NCBI RefSeq assembly: GCF_006345805.1
Contig: NC_042998.1
Location: 81,964,001-82,028,000, forward strand
Length of the DNA stretch: 64,000 nucleotides
Reading direction: 5' to 3'
DNA from: Octopus sinensis
Lineage: Eukaryota
A program made the position numbers and the translations under genes. Positions 13,087 to 26,056 of the stretch are shown one piece after another. The notes under the pieces were generated by a model. That model had not been told where the DNA came from and searched no databases. It worked only from the letters and a program-made list of their open reading frames with translations. Each line of letters starts with the position of its first letter. Position 1 is the first letter of the stretch.

Positions 13087-13599
13087 TATATGTATGCATA
13101 TACATACACGTATATATGTATGCATGTATTGATGCACAACTCTGTTTAAAAGCAAAATATAATTACCTGACGACTGAATTTTAATTTATGTATTTTATGA
13201 AAATTTAAATATTGTTCAACTGTTGTACTCCTTTCCACACACCAAATTTATTGTTAAGTAATAGATGGAGAAATTGGATGATATTACTGTGAATTTCGGT
13301 TACTCTCAAATAACTGAGAAAAGCTTAGCTGACTGTATTATTTTGAATGTAGTAGAAGATAACCACTCCAAAATACACAAATCCAACTCTTAGAGTTGGA
13401 AGCTGACTGTCTGTTTATACTATTTATCTATATAGAGAAATTTTCTCCACGACAAAGTACAATGGATGGCTTTTGTACGGGTCGGAATATGCTTCAAGCA
13501 TATTTGAACTGGTAACAAGTTTGAACTAATGATATATTAGTATACATTGGCTTCAAAGAAGATGCGATATTAAACATCGTAAAACTAGCAAAAGTAGTA

Positions 13600-13809
13600 C
13601 AGTAATCACTCGACTATCGCGGGTGTTAGGTTCCTCCCCCACAGCGAAAGGTGAAAATTCCCGAAGTAGAAACAGTACTGTACACTAAATGGTTATTATT
13701 ATTATTATAATTTGTATATATTTTTTTTATTATATTTCCACGGAGGAATCGATGTAAGCCTAAATAAAAAACCGCGATAGGTGAACCGCGATATGGTGAG
13801 GGATTACAG
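13600..13809. mobile_element. pogo/Tigger-like MITE (Tc1/mariner superfamily)
   Basis: TIRs CAGTAATCACTCGACTATCGCGG / CCGCGATATGGTGAGGGATTACAG, flanked by TA on both sides. Confidence 0.75.
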
Positions 13810-15698
13810 TATTATAAGCTGTAACCCTTTGTAGAATTTAAAAGTTCTTGATACTGTCATTTATACTGTCAGATATTTTATAAAATCAGAGTTAAGATGG
13901 TGCAGTCGAACTGGAAAAAAATCCGGCTGCTTCTTTAACCAGTGTGAATTTAAGAAAACCTCCAGAATGAAAGACACTGAAACCTTTTCTCTATTTACTT
14001 GTAATAAAAGTTACATGCCTACTCTTCTTTCCAAGTCTTGTTGTACTTTTCTAAAATATTATTTTCTCTTACAGATAAAAAAGAAACAAAATGATATTTT
14101 CAAATCTGAGACATGGCTCGAATGCTTTCATCAAACTGGATCACTCAATTAACTATCATTTAACATAAAACTCGGTAGTGAATTAAATCTATATAGCAAT
14201 ATATGATTATAATGGATCCTTCGACGGGATTCAGCGCAATTTGTGTCTAGTAAAGTTCAATCGTAAAGCATTGATCAATTCAAGGTTGTAGATGTCCTTC
14301 ATTGAAGTGGGTTGGATCATGAATCCACACAGTTACCAGGTAAATCCCTAGTCGTGTTTATGCTTGAGATACATATCTCAAACAAGTGTTGAATAATCTT
14401 TACGTATCCGTATTTATTGAGGCATGTATTTATTGTCTGCGTTAGTTTTATTAGGAATACAGTCTATAATATATAATATTTACAGAGCAAAATTACAATG
14501 AAATTCTCTTAATATTTCGATTTAACAATTAGGAAGCGTGACATATTTTCTGACAAGCCAAAGTGTGTTTTTTGTTAATTCCCAATTACTTTCTCAACAT
14601 TCCTTCATTTAATAGGGTTTAAATTTAACTTTCTCCCTTCTCATTTCAAACAATACATTGTAATTAACCAACTGGTTCATCCACGTAATTTACAATCTTG
14701 TACAAATGTTACAAAATCAATATTACATGAACCCATTTAAACCGAATAATTTAAAATAAACATCCATTAACACGCTGACTTTATGATAGATAATTGCATA
14801 TGTACAACTTAATTTGTGAGAATTTGATTTATTAACAACATTCTCAGAAGCACTGGATGAATCGGAGAATTGAGGATGATATTAAGAATTGCGACAGAGT
14901 AGTATATTGATTTATTTATGCAAATTGAATCCCATAAAGCAACATGAGTTATTAATATATTGCTTGTTCTACGAAACGTGACAACTGGTTTTGACCACTT
15001 TTGCCTCACATAGCGCGGAATATCTCCCGCTGGGTAATTATTATTAGGAAATTTCCGTGACATCCCCTCCACTAGAAATAAATGAGTTCTTAACATTTTA
15101 TTTTAATAAATACTATTTTAATGTTTCCGAGAAGATGCATTAATAGGTTCTCCACTTAAAACTTTTGTCAGTGAAGGAATTAAATTTGTTTGGTTTTTCA
15201 ACTTCTTTCTCCTAATAGCTTCTATAGGATTTTGAGTGTCTTAATGTACCACTCGCTGTTCACAGCACAGCTGCGTGACGCCATTGACATCCCTCCCAAA
15301 CATTGATCTTTACTTTCTGCGACCACTGGCACATCAGATACAACTTTATGCAGAAGAGGTGAGACGCAAATCCATAGACTGAGCAGTAGTTTCTCATTAT
15401 AAAGATAAATTTCTGACAGCTATATATCTCTGCTAAAATATTGAAACATGTAACAACATTCATACGTTCCATTTTCTTCTATTAGAATGAATAACATCAA
15501 ACGCATTAGATATTAGACTGGCGAGTAAGAACTATTTATATATGTGTGCATGCACATATATGAGTGGATGTATATGCTTGTGTAAGCACAAGTATGTAAG
15601 GATGTATCTATATCTGGTGTATACACATATGTGCTGAATTCGAACCTTTCCTGGTGTCCTGAATATTAAAATCCTTTAATTCAAATGAATCATATACA

Positions 15699-15754
<56 letters not shown>

Positions 15755-15756
<2 letters not shown>

Positions 15757-15930
15757 CGCAGGAGCGGCTGTGTGGTAAGTAGCTTGTTTACCAACCACAT
15801 GGTTCCAGGTTCAGTCACACTGCGTGGCACCTTGTGCAAGTGTCTTCTACTATAGCCTCGGGCCGACCAAAGTCTTGTGAATGGATTAGGTAGACGGAAA
15901 CTGAAAAGAAGCCCGTCGTATATATGTATA

Positions 15931-15961
<31 letters not shown>

Positions 15962-16169
15962 CTGTGTTTGTCCCTCTAGCATTGCTTGACAACCGATGCT
16001 GGTGTATTTATGTCCCCGTTACTTAGCGGTTCCGTAAAAGAGACCGATAGAATAAGTACTGGGCTTACAAAGAATAAGTCCCGGGATCGAGTTGCTCGAT
16101 TAAAGGCGGTGCTCTAGCATGGCCGCAGTCAAATGACTGAAACTAGTAAAAGAGTAAAAGAGTAGAAGA

Positions 16170-16170
<1 letters not shown>
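15755..16170 (+). mobile_element. tRNA-derived SINE family A, full length
   Basis: GGCGCAGGAGCGGCTGTGTGGTAAGTAGC..GGTTCAGTCACACTGCG head, internal (TA)(TG) tract, tail GGCGGTGCTCTAGCATGGCCGCAGTCAAATGACTGAAAC followed by (GTAAAAGA) repeats. Confidence 0.92.
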
Positions 16171-16226
<56 letters not shown>

Positions 16227-16736
16227 CATACATACATGCACTGACACACACATAAACACACACACACGCACACACAACACACATAAATTATACATCCATA
16301 TAAAAGGGATGAATAAAATAAGGATTATATATCATTAAGGATTGCCGAATCATTAGCGCTTCGGTCAAATTACGTAGAAACATTTCTTTCCGCACCGAAT
16401 GTGCCGAGTTCAATTGTCTTGGATTCAACTTTGCCTTTCATCTATTCGGAGACGTACCAGTTGTGCATTGGGGCCGACGTAACGACGTAACGACCTTCTT
16501 CTCTCAGTAAAAGTCTTGTAGCAAAATTTTAAACCATTATTTCTCTTTACTCTACAATTCGTTTTGGTTTCTCAACATTATCATTACAATAATATTGATT
16601 TTCATGGACGTGTGGTAAGAAGCTTGCTTCCAAACCTTTGGCAAATGACTTTTACAATAGCCTCGGTCGACCAAAGCCCAGTGAATAGATTTGGTAGACA
16701 GAAACTAAAAGAAACCGTTTATATATTTATTTATAT

Positions 16737-16789
<53 letters not shown>

Positions 16790-17039
16790 TATATGTGTGT
16801 GTGTGTGTGTGGTGTGTGTGTGTGTGTGTGTCTGTGTTTGTCCCTCTAGCATTGCTTGACAACCGATGCTGGTGTATTTATGTCCCCGTTACTTAGCGGT
16901 TCCGTAAAAGAGACCGATAGAATAAGTACTGGGCTTACAAAGAATAAGTCCCGGGATCGAGTTGCTCGATTAAAGGCGGTGCTCTAGCATGGCCGCAGTC
17001 AAATGACTGAAACTAGTAAAAGAGTAAAAGAGTAGAAGA

Positions 17040-17086
<47 letters not shown>

Positions 17087-17577
17087 CATACATACATGCA
17101 CTGACACACACATAAACACACACACACGCACACACAACACACATAAATTATACATCCATATAAAAGGGATGAATAAAATAAGGATTATATATCATTAAGG
17201 ATTGCCGAATCATTAGCGCTTCGGTCAAATTACGTAGAAACATTTCTTTCCGCACCGAATGTGCCGAGTTCAATTGTCTTGGATTCAACTTTGCCTTTCA
17301 TCTATTCGGAGACGTACCAGTTGTGCATTGGGGCCGACGTAACGACCTTCTTCTCTCAGTAAAAGTCTTGTAGCAAAATTTTAAACCATTATTTCTCTTT
17401 ACTCTACAATTCGTTTTGGTTTCTCAACATTATCATTACAATAATATTGATTTTCATGGACGTGTGGTAAGAAGCTTGCTTCCAAACCTTTGGCAAATGA
17501 CTTTTACAATAGCCTCGGTCGACCAAAGCCCAGTGAATAGATTTGGTAGACAGAAACTAAAAGAAACCGTTTATATA

Positions 17578-17650
<73 letters not shown>
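15961..17650 (+). repeat. Near-identical tandem duplication, period ~870 bp (SINE-A tail, degenerate SINE-B, SINE-A head)
   Basis: tctgtgtttgtccctctagc at both 15961 and 16831. Copies differ mainly in microsatellite lengths and an 8-bp acgtaacg duplication in copy 1. Confidence 0.92.
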
Positions 17651-17653
<3 letters not shown>

Positions 17654-17870
17654 CTGTGTGTCTGTGATGGCCTTCCACCATTTCTGACAACCGGTGCTGG
17701 TGTGTTTATGTTCCTGTAACTTAGCAGTTTGGCAAAAGAAACCAATAGAATATGTATCAGGCTTTAAAAATAAGTACTGGGCTCCATACATTCAACTAAA
17801 ATTTTTTCAAGGCGGTGCCCCAGCATGGCCACGGTCAAATGTTTGACTCAAGTAACAGATAAAAGATAAA
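17455..17870 (+). mobile_element. Diverged SINE family A copy (head partly deleted)
   Basis: gtgtggtaagaagcttgcttcc head, internal TA/TG tract, tail ggcggtgccccagcatggccacggtcaaat. Confidence 0.8.
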
Positions 17871-18598
17871 ACATAAACCGTTTCTTTTGAGGATTTGCAC
17901 GAAGTCCAATGTTTCACTTCAACTGCCTTGTGTCCTTACTGTTGAGCTGTATATGGTGCCATGGGGCACATACATACTGGTTTAGTACAGATTACCCGAT
18001 GCACTTCGATACCGATCAATACCAGTTCAGTCACCTGCACGTTGACAGTATATCATGTTCTGTATTTTCATTGGACTTTAGCTGTTATTATTATCATTAT
18101 TATTACTTTTTCATGGATGCAATTATTTTCTATTCCACTCGGTATTGACATATTTATTTCATATTTCCATTTCTTCAGAAAAAACTCTATAAACTCAAGA
18201 CAAAATCAAAATAAAATATTAGCGAATGATTTACTACGTATGATTGTAACAGGATATAGGAGGCACTTGGATGACTTCTGTAAAAGATTTATATTATTTT
18301 TACACGTTCTTCTAGGAAAACAAAAACTTGTGTGCCAAATGTATTTTTCATATTTTCGTACAAATAAATATATGAAGCCTCAAAAACGAAAATTTCTCTG
18401 GAGACAAATATGAAGAAACAGAGATCAACAAATGTTTATTAGTATGATAAAAAGAAAACTTTCAAAATGTAAGGAGTCAGAAAATACAGAATTGATATGC
18501 ATACATACTTGTATGAATTTGTATGCATATGTGTCTGTTTATAATTACACACGTATACTTGTATGTGTGTATGTGTAAGTATGTGCGGGCGAGCGTGG

Positions 18599-18650
<52 letters not shown>

Positions 18651-19086
18651 AATTATATATATATATGCATGCATATGAACATGTATGTGTATGTATAATA
18701 TATGTATGTTTATATATCCATATATATATACATTCATATCCATATATGTGCATGACTGTATGTGCATTAGGCTTATCAAATAAATAAAATTAGAAACAGG
18801 TAATGATAAAAATACATCTTACATTTTGTAAAGACGAATTTGCTTTATGTATGTGTCGACAGTGACATCAGAGTTTGCCTCTCCACTCTTCTTGCAACAC
18901 CGAAGAATAGACCGAGTTTGAAGTGATTTATAAAAGCAATATTCTGTAAATCCCATAGAGATATAGAGACTTCCCTATGTGCGTTTCCTTAAGCAATTTT
19001 TTCATATGGCGTCGGTTTGTGAAAATAAATGTCGTTTTCTTTCAGTCGCAAACACAATTTGTAGTGTACATGTACACTATATAGTC

Positions 19087-19510
19087 GCATGCGTGGCTGT
19101 GTAGTATGAAGCTTGCTTCCCAACCATACGGTCCAGGGTTCAGTCCCACTACGTGGAAACTTAGGCAAGTGCCTATTACCATAACCTCAGACCGACCAAA
19201 GCCTTGTGAGTGGATTTTGTAGACGGAATCTAAAAGAAGCCCGTCGTATATACGTATATGTATATGTGTATATATGTATGTGTGTGTGTATGTCTGTATG
19301 TAATTGTATTTGTGTTTGCCCTCACCATCGTTTTACAGCAGGTGCTAATGTGTTTACGTTCCCGTAACGTTCCGGTTCGGTAAAAGAAAGCAATAGAATA
19401 AGTATCAGGCTTTAAAAATAAGTACTGGGTTCAATACATTCGACTAAAATGCTTCATCGTGATGCTCCAGTATGGCCGAAGTCTAATGGCTGAAACAAGT
19501 AAATGATAAA
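19087..19510 (+). mobile_element. SINE family A
   Basis: gcgtggctgtgtagtatgaagcttgcttcccaacc..gggttcagtcccact head and the family tail. Confidence 0.85.
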
Positions 19511-19541
19511 ATATAGTTTCGTTAATTTATTGTGTGCAAAG

Positions 19542-19757
19542 TATGATTGAGACCATGATTTAGACTATGATTTAGACTGAATTAGACTCTGATTTAGACT
19601 CTGATTTAGATTATGATTTAGACTATGATTTAGTCTATGATTTAGACTACGATTTAGTCTACGATTTAGACTACGATTTAGATTATGATTTAGACTATGA
19701 TTTAGACTATGATTTAGACTATGATTTAATGATTTACACTATGATTTAAACTATGAA
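19542..19757. repeat. 12-bp minisatellite (TATGATTTAGAC)n, about 17-18 units
   Basis: Directly visible, with scattered substitutions. Confidence 0.9.
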
Positions 19758-20429
19758 TCATATACATAAACGTAATCTTTAAGCTTAGTATAGTTGAAAC
19801 AAAATATTTAGTAAATTTCGAAACTGTGAAATGATATCTGTGTTGGAGGATGACATGAAGATTTCAATGGAAGCAAGTGTGAAAGCTCTTGTTTCTCTAT
19901 GACTATGTATGTACCACAGTGTGCTTGTTAATTCCTCTATAATCAAATCTGGAAATGCACCACAGAATTCATAGTATAGCGATTTAACAATGTACTTAAG
20001 TCTGGGATAAACCTACAAACGTTTATGAATATATAAAAGGGATGCATAAATTAAACACAATAAGAGAGCTAAGAATAAACTAAATTTTGAGATTAAAAAT
20101 TTGTGATAACGGGGAATGTAATTGAATAAATATAAATCAAATGCAATTAAATACTCCATTGCCTAACTAAATATATAGAAGCGTGCGTGACTTTATTTAT
20201 GTACTAACACATACACACACACGTATACATACAAACATATGTATGTACGTATGAGTGTGTGTGTGTTTGCGTGAGTGCGTGTGTGTGTAGAGTGGTTGTG
20301 TTGAATATTCATCGGATTTTAGCCACATCAATAAGGGGGGAAAATATTCCATAATATCTAATCCAATAATATTTAGAACATTGGGGCATTACCAATACTA
20401 GCAGCATTATTGAAGCTCATTAAATTGCA

Positions 20430-21090
20430 CATTGATTCGCTGAATATAAAGTAATCTTTGAGAAAGTTACCTGCAACAAATTAGAAAGTGCAGAAGGGGC
20501 CATTATAGCAGCTACGCAATATCAGTGGCCCTTTCTGGAATTCACGAGCCCACTGTTTAGGAGTGGGAAAAACCGGGCGAAAGGACCAAAAGCCAACGAC
20601 GATACAAGGCACCCATTTTGCAGAACATTCATGGATGATATGACGTTTAGTACACTACCAATCGAATGACAAAAAAACATAAACGTACTGGAAGCACCGG
20701 AAGGTTGTTGGAGTAGCTTTTCAAGGATGGCTAGGAATTAGCAACTACAACACCAAGAAAAGTACGAATGCCATGTATACAATAGATCTAATAGTGCTAA
20801 GGACGCAAGGACCCGCGATTCAACAAAATGAAGTCGTCGTGTAAAAGCAGTAGGCCTTGCCCCTCAGGGATGAGGCATATACCGAGAGCGCCTACTGTCC
20901 TTGAAAGAATATTAGTGCACTGAAGAGGGAAAATATCTGTCTACCTGTATGCCATCGTTGACATCTTGCGTACCTCAAATGAACTTAAATTATGAGGCAA
21001 AGAGAGTCAACTATGCTGCAACAAGTTTCAAGCAACTACAGTTTGGCCGGATGATCTCGGACACCAGGAAGACGCCGATAGGAGTAGATG
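20430..21090 (+). mobile_element. Degenerate RT fragment of a HERO-like (R2-group) non-LTR element
   Basis: With a frameshift: IIA(G)YAISVALF, then GPKANDDTRHPFCRTFMDDMTFST, resembling the GCTISxxLF..PPxRAFMDD signature. Confidence 0.55.
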
Positions 21091-22180
21091 AGTGATAATG
21101 GTTTTACAGAAATGGTCAAATGGACGGAGATTTAGAGAGGTGGCCAAATTAACTGATACTTGGTTCAGTTAAAATTACCGATGTCACAGAATAGAAATAT
21201 TCGTTCAATTGTTAAATTCTTATTTGTTCATTAAAGCGATAGTTTGCACCGGTGGTATTTACGTTCCAGTAACTTAGAGGTTTGGTAAAAAATGACCGAT
21301 AAAATAAGTACCAAGATAGATTAAGCTCTTTTCATGGCCGCAGTCTAATGATTGAAACAAGTAAAAGTAGGATAATACATATTTATCGACGGAATATGCT
21401 GTGAGGATATCTTCAATTTACGTGAATCGAGTCTGCGTATAAAATAACACAGTCCTTCCATTGCATCTTGTAACAGTAGACAACTTATTCGACCTTGCTG
21501 CGAATAGATTTGTACTTTTCCTTCGTATGCTTACAAAATCGCCCATTCTGCTATCTCCAATATATCGACTCAGACTTATCGATATATGTATAACTTCCGT
21601 GATTGCAGGCTTCTTCTTCTAAAGAATGTTTTACAGCAGTGAATGTTTTTATCCAAACAGCAAGCATCACTTATTAGCCTGCATCAAAAGCATAATAAGC
21701 AATAGCTGCCACAGAAATAGGATACCAGTTTCTTTAAGCTAAATAGCAATATGTAAATCTCTAATTCCTAGTTTCCAATATTTAGTACGTCAAATTTCTT
21801 AAGAGTCCAGTTCAGAAATTTGGTATTGGTCATAATCAATATCAGAGTATATTAACTATCCAGGTTGAAGGAAAACTAGCCACTGCATACGTTATTGTTT
21901 GAATGTAATGTTGAGGCATAATCTAAACTTAGAAATTGCAATGTCAATTGATGGAATTTAAAATAAACCATTAGCATAAGAATTCTTCTAATTGCATTGA
22001 GCAAACGTTTGCTAAATGAATACAAAATAGTACTTTTGTTTCCAGTGTCGCCTACGCGGCAAGATTCTGGATATTATTGGCATAGAATTAAGCAAGCGTA
22101 CGAAGAAATATACACAAATAATAAATCTATGTAAACACATCATCATCATCATCACCGTCGTCATTATTATTATTATTATT

Positions 22181-22292
22181 GAGTGAGAGAGCAGTGCATG
22201 CCATCAAAGTGACACTGGGGTAAAATATACGAAGCCCAATATACCCATCATGACTACCCGTCTGATAAAGGTACACCAGGCACATGCATCAC
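22181..22292 (-). mobile_element. 5'-truncated 112-bp copy of the unclassified 555-bp (AAT)n-tailed element
   Basis: Matches 24236-24347 with a few substitutions; (ATT)n on both sides. Confidence 0.8.
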
Positions 22293-22331
22293 ATTATTAT
22301 TATCATTATTATTATTATTATTATTATTATT

Positions 22332-24063
22332 CTATGTTTGACTTTTGCTTTATATTTGTACAAGTTGGCTCCAAGTCTCACCCAGAGACCTCAAGAGACA
22401 ACAGGGTTGGAAGTTCATGTTGTTGTTATGCCTAGTGTGCCATATATTTGGGGGGGTGGGGATGTTGTACTAATGAATGTCTAAAAAAAAAGTTTTTTTT
22501 TTTTTTTTTTTTAAACCGAAAATTATGGTTGTTTTAAACCTTGAGGTTACATAGAGAGTATTTTGCGTAGGATATGAGCAGTTCCCATGAGCACTATCTT
22601 TTGAACTTCTGCCATTTTTGGGTTTCCTGGTATCTGAGTTAGGTAGCTATCAGCCCCTTTTGCTATCATTCCCAGGGCACCTATGACAACAGGTATTGTT
22701 TTAGTCTTCAGCTTCCACATTTTGCTGATTTCTATTTCAGGATCTTTATATTTGCCCTGTTTTTGGTAGGTCCTGACAGATACGTTTATATCGATTGGGA
22801 CAGTCATATCAATGAGGAGGCATGTTCTTTGTTTGAAGTCTTTCAATATGATGTCTGGCCTATTTGCATCTATCTTCCTGTCAGTTTGAATGGTGAAGTT
22901 CCAGAGGAGTGAGATGTGGTCATTTTCAAGCACTGGGGGTGGTTGTGTTTCCACCAGTTTTTTTCATGGGGCAAATCCAGGTTTTTACAGATTACCCAGT
23001 GAATATATTGTGCAGCTCTATCGTGCCTGTTGAGATACTCTGTAGGCGCTAGAAGACTGCACTTGGAGACCACATGGTCAATGGTTTCATTTTGTTGCTT
23101 GCATACACGACACGTTGGACTGCTTCTGATCTTTATATGTTGGCCTGGTAGTTTCTTGTTGGTAGGCATTGGATCTTGAGCTGCTATGATAAACCCCTCT
23201 GTTTCAGATTTTAAGCCAGAGGCCATTAGCCATTGATGGGTCAGGGCTTTGTCGATATCTGCATTATTCGCTCTCTTTGGGTATTTGCCATAGAGAGGTT
23301 TTTCTTGCCATTTATTATTCAGAATATCTAAGGCCGCAGTTTTGGCACGGGTTTTCATGCGCCTAGCTTTTTCTGTGCTTGTTTCTTGTATGTCTATCTC
23401 TAATTCCGAAATTGGTTGTATTCGGAATTCACTTACATATTCCTTTGCCTGTTTTGTGACTGAGTATGATGCTTTCTTGTTTTCATGTTTTGAGACAAGT
23501 TTTAACATCCAGTCCTCAGAGTTTTTCAGGTAGTGTCTAGGCCAATTGTAGCAATCTTCATTGTTATTGCCAGTTGCAAAAAACCACGGCCTCCCTCTTT
23601 TCTTGGCAGATAGAGTCGTTCTGTATCTGCCTTAGGGTGGTGCATTCTATGCATTGTCAACAGTTTCCTTATTTTTCTGTCGAGCTGACATATTTCAGTA
23701 ATTGACCAGTTAACAATATTGAAACTGTAAGTCACGACTGGTATAGCTAATGCATTGATTGCTTCGATCCTGTTTCTTGCATTCAGCTCTATCTTGAGTA
23801 TTGCTCTCACTCTTCGATAGCATTCTCTCCAGATCCTTTCCTTCATCTCTGAATGCCTTATTCCATTCCCTTCAATTACCCCTAGGTACTTGTAGCTCTC
23901 CGCTGGGTCTAGTTCTTTTATGACATTCTGTTGGTCAAGGTTAACGTTAGATGTTTCTGTCATTTTTCCTTTGATAAAGGTAGCCTTTGCACATTTATCG
24001 AGGCCGAATTGCATTCTGATGTCGTCACTGAATTGTTTGACTATCGCTAGTAAGCCCTTGAGT
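22332..24063 (-). mobile_element. 5'-truncated R4/Dong-type LINE (RT C-terminus, CCHC knuckle, RLE nuclease, 3' UTR) within (TAA)n
   Basis: ORFs 23526-24014 (MQFGLDKCAK..YKYLG), 22870-23508 (ETEGFIIAAQD, CRVC..ETIDHVVSKC, RHD) and 22547-22954 (RPDII..LLIDMTVP, KYKD..PVVIGALG). (TTA)n on both flanks. Confidence 0.93.
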
Positions 24064-24065
24064 TG

Positions 24066-24129
<64 letters not shown>

Positions 24130-24156
24130 CATCATCATCATCATTACTATTATTAC

Positions 24157-24207
<51 letters not shown>

Positions 24208-24235
24208 CATCATCATCATTATTATTATTACTATT

Positions 24236-24793
24236 GAGTGAGAGAGCAGTGCATGCCATCAATGTGACACCGGGGTAAAATATACGAAGCCCAATATACC
24301 CATCATGACTACCCGTCTGATAAGGGTACACTAGGCACATGCATCACAACCATATGTGTGCGACATGGTGATCTCATATGAAGATAAACAGCACATGACC
24401 TTGCAGGTGGGGCCCAGTTAGAATTTTCTTCTGGTCGAGTAACCCATCCCACTCAATAGGTCCTTGAATAAGAGTTGTTTAAGGATGTTGAATGAAACAC
24501 CCATGTTTCCAGAGGTGAATTATTCAAACCCCAAAGAATCCCTCTCAACACATGGCTATGATGCTCCCGCACTACTTCTGCTCGTGATCAGAGATGTACA
24601 TATTGTCAGCCACTAAGGGACATGCTCAACTGGTTAAGGTCAAACAACTGACAAGCAAATCTGTGGTATTGAGCAGAATATTTGCTGTAGCCCATCTTTT
24701 ATACCAAGACAACACAATGTACATGATAACACTTCCAATCAGTTAAGATCAGAAGCCATGAGATCCACTGCCTGGTACTGCATCGGGGCATTT
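24236..24793 (-). mobile_element. Unclassified ~555-bp non-coding retroposon with (AAT)n tail, copy 1
   Basis: Unique block between (ATT)n tracts, repeated at 24961-25518 and truncated at 22181. Confidence 0.75.
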
Positions 24794-24882
24794 ATTATTA
24801 TTATTATTATTATATATTATTATTATATTATTATTATTATTATTATTATTATTATCATCATCATCATCATTACTATTATTAC

Positions 24883-24923
<41 letters not shown>

Positions 24924-24960
24924 TATTATTATCATCATCATCATTATTATTATTACTATT

Positions 24961-25514
24961 GAGTGAGAGAGCAGTGCATGCCATCAATGTGACACCGGGG
25001 TAAAATATACGAAGCCCAATATACCCATCATGACTACCCGTCTGATAAGGGTACACTAGGCACATGCATCACAACCATATGTGTGCGACATGGTGATCTC
25101 ATATGAAGATAAACAGCACATGACCTTGCAGGTGGGGCCCAGTTAGAATTTTCTTCTGGTCGAGTAACCCATCCCACTCAAAAGGTCCTTGAATAAGAGT
25201 TGTTTAAGGATGTTGAATGAAACACCCATGTTTCCAGAGGTGAATTATTCAAACCCCAAAGAATCCCTCTCAACACATGGCTATGATGCTCCCGCACTAC
25301 TTCTGCTCGTGATCAGAGATGTACATATTGTCAGCCACTAAGGGACATGCTCAACTGGTTAAGGTCAAACAACTGACAAGCAAATCTGTGGTATTGAGCA
25401 GAATATTTGCTGTAGCCCATCTTTTATACCAAGACAACACAATGTACATGATAACACTTCCAATCAGTTAAGATCAGAAGCCATGAGATCCACTGCCTGG
25501 TACTGCATCGGGGC

Positions 25515-25518
<4 letters not shown>
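24961..25518 (-). mobile_element. Unclassified ~555-bp element, copy 2 (tandem duplicate, period 725 bp)
   Basis: Near-identical to copy 1; one substitution noticed (caatagg vs caaaagg). Confidence 0.75.
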
Positions 25519-25577
<59 letters not shown>

Positions 25578-25907
25578 GACTGTTTGTTTCAACCACTTGC
25601 CGAAACACACCCAGTGTCCTGGGGCGAGTGAAGGATAAGAGATGTTACAGTATGACTCAAAGCTTGCGGAGGCTTGGTATCGAAATATCTCCATGTAATA
25701 CTGCATGGCTATTTAAATGATAGGTTCTTTCTAACGATCTGGACAGTACTTGTCGGTACAATCTTTTGCATTTCTCTGAGACATGGTTCTTGTGGTATCT
25801 TATCTAGATATTTCCGACATCTCTTTCTTTTCATCATACCTCGGGCTCCTACAAAAACGAAACTTTCTAGTTTTAAGATGCCACATCTTTTGTATTTCAA
25901 TTTCCAA
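25578..25907 (-). mobile_element. Short 3' fragment of another R4/Dong-type LINE
   Basis: WKLK..FVGARGMMK..KYLDKIP..LREMQK..IVRKNLSFK* (RLE C-terminus), 3' UTR and AAT tail. Confidence 0.7.
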
Positions 25908-25943
25908 ATTATCATAATCATTATCATCATCATCGTCATTATT

Positions 25944-26017
<74 letters not shown>

Positions 26018-26018
26018 C

Positions 26019-26056
<38 letters not shown>

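Noticed and set aside
15755-15830. tRNA gene call for SINE heads
   Set aside because: No cloverleaf, and the heads continue into SINE body and tail.
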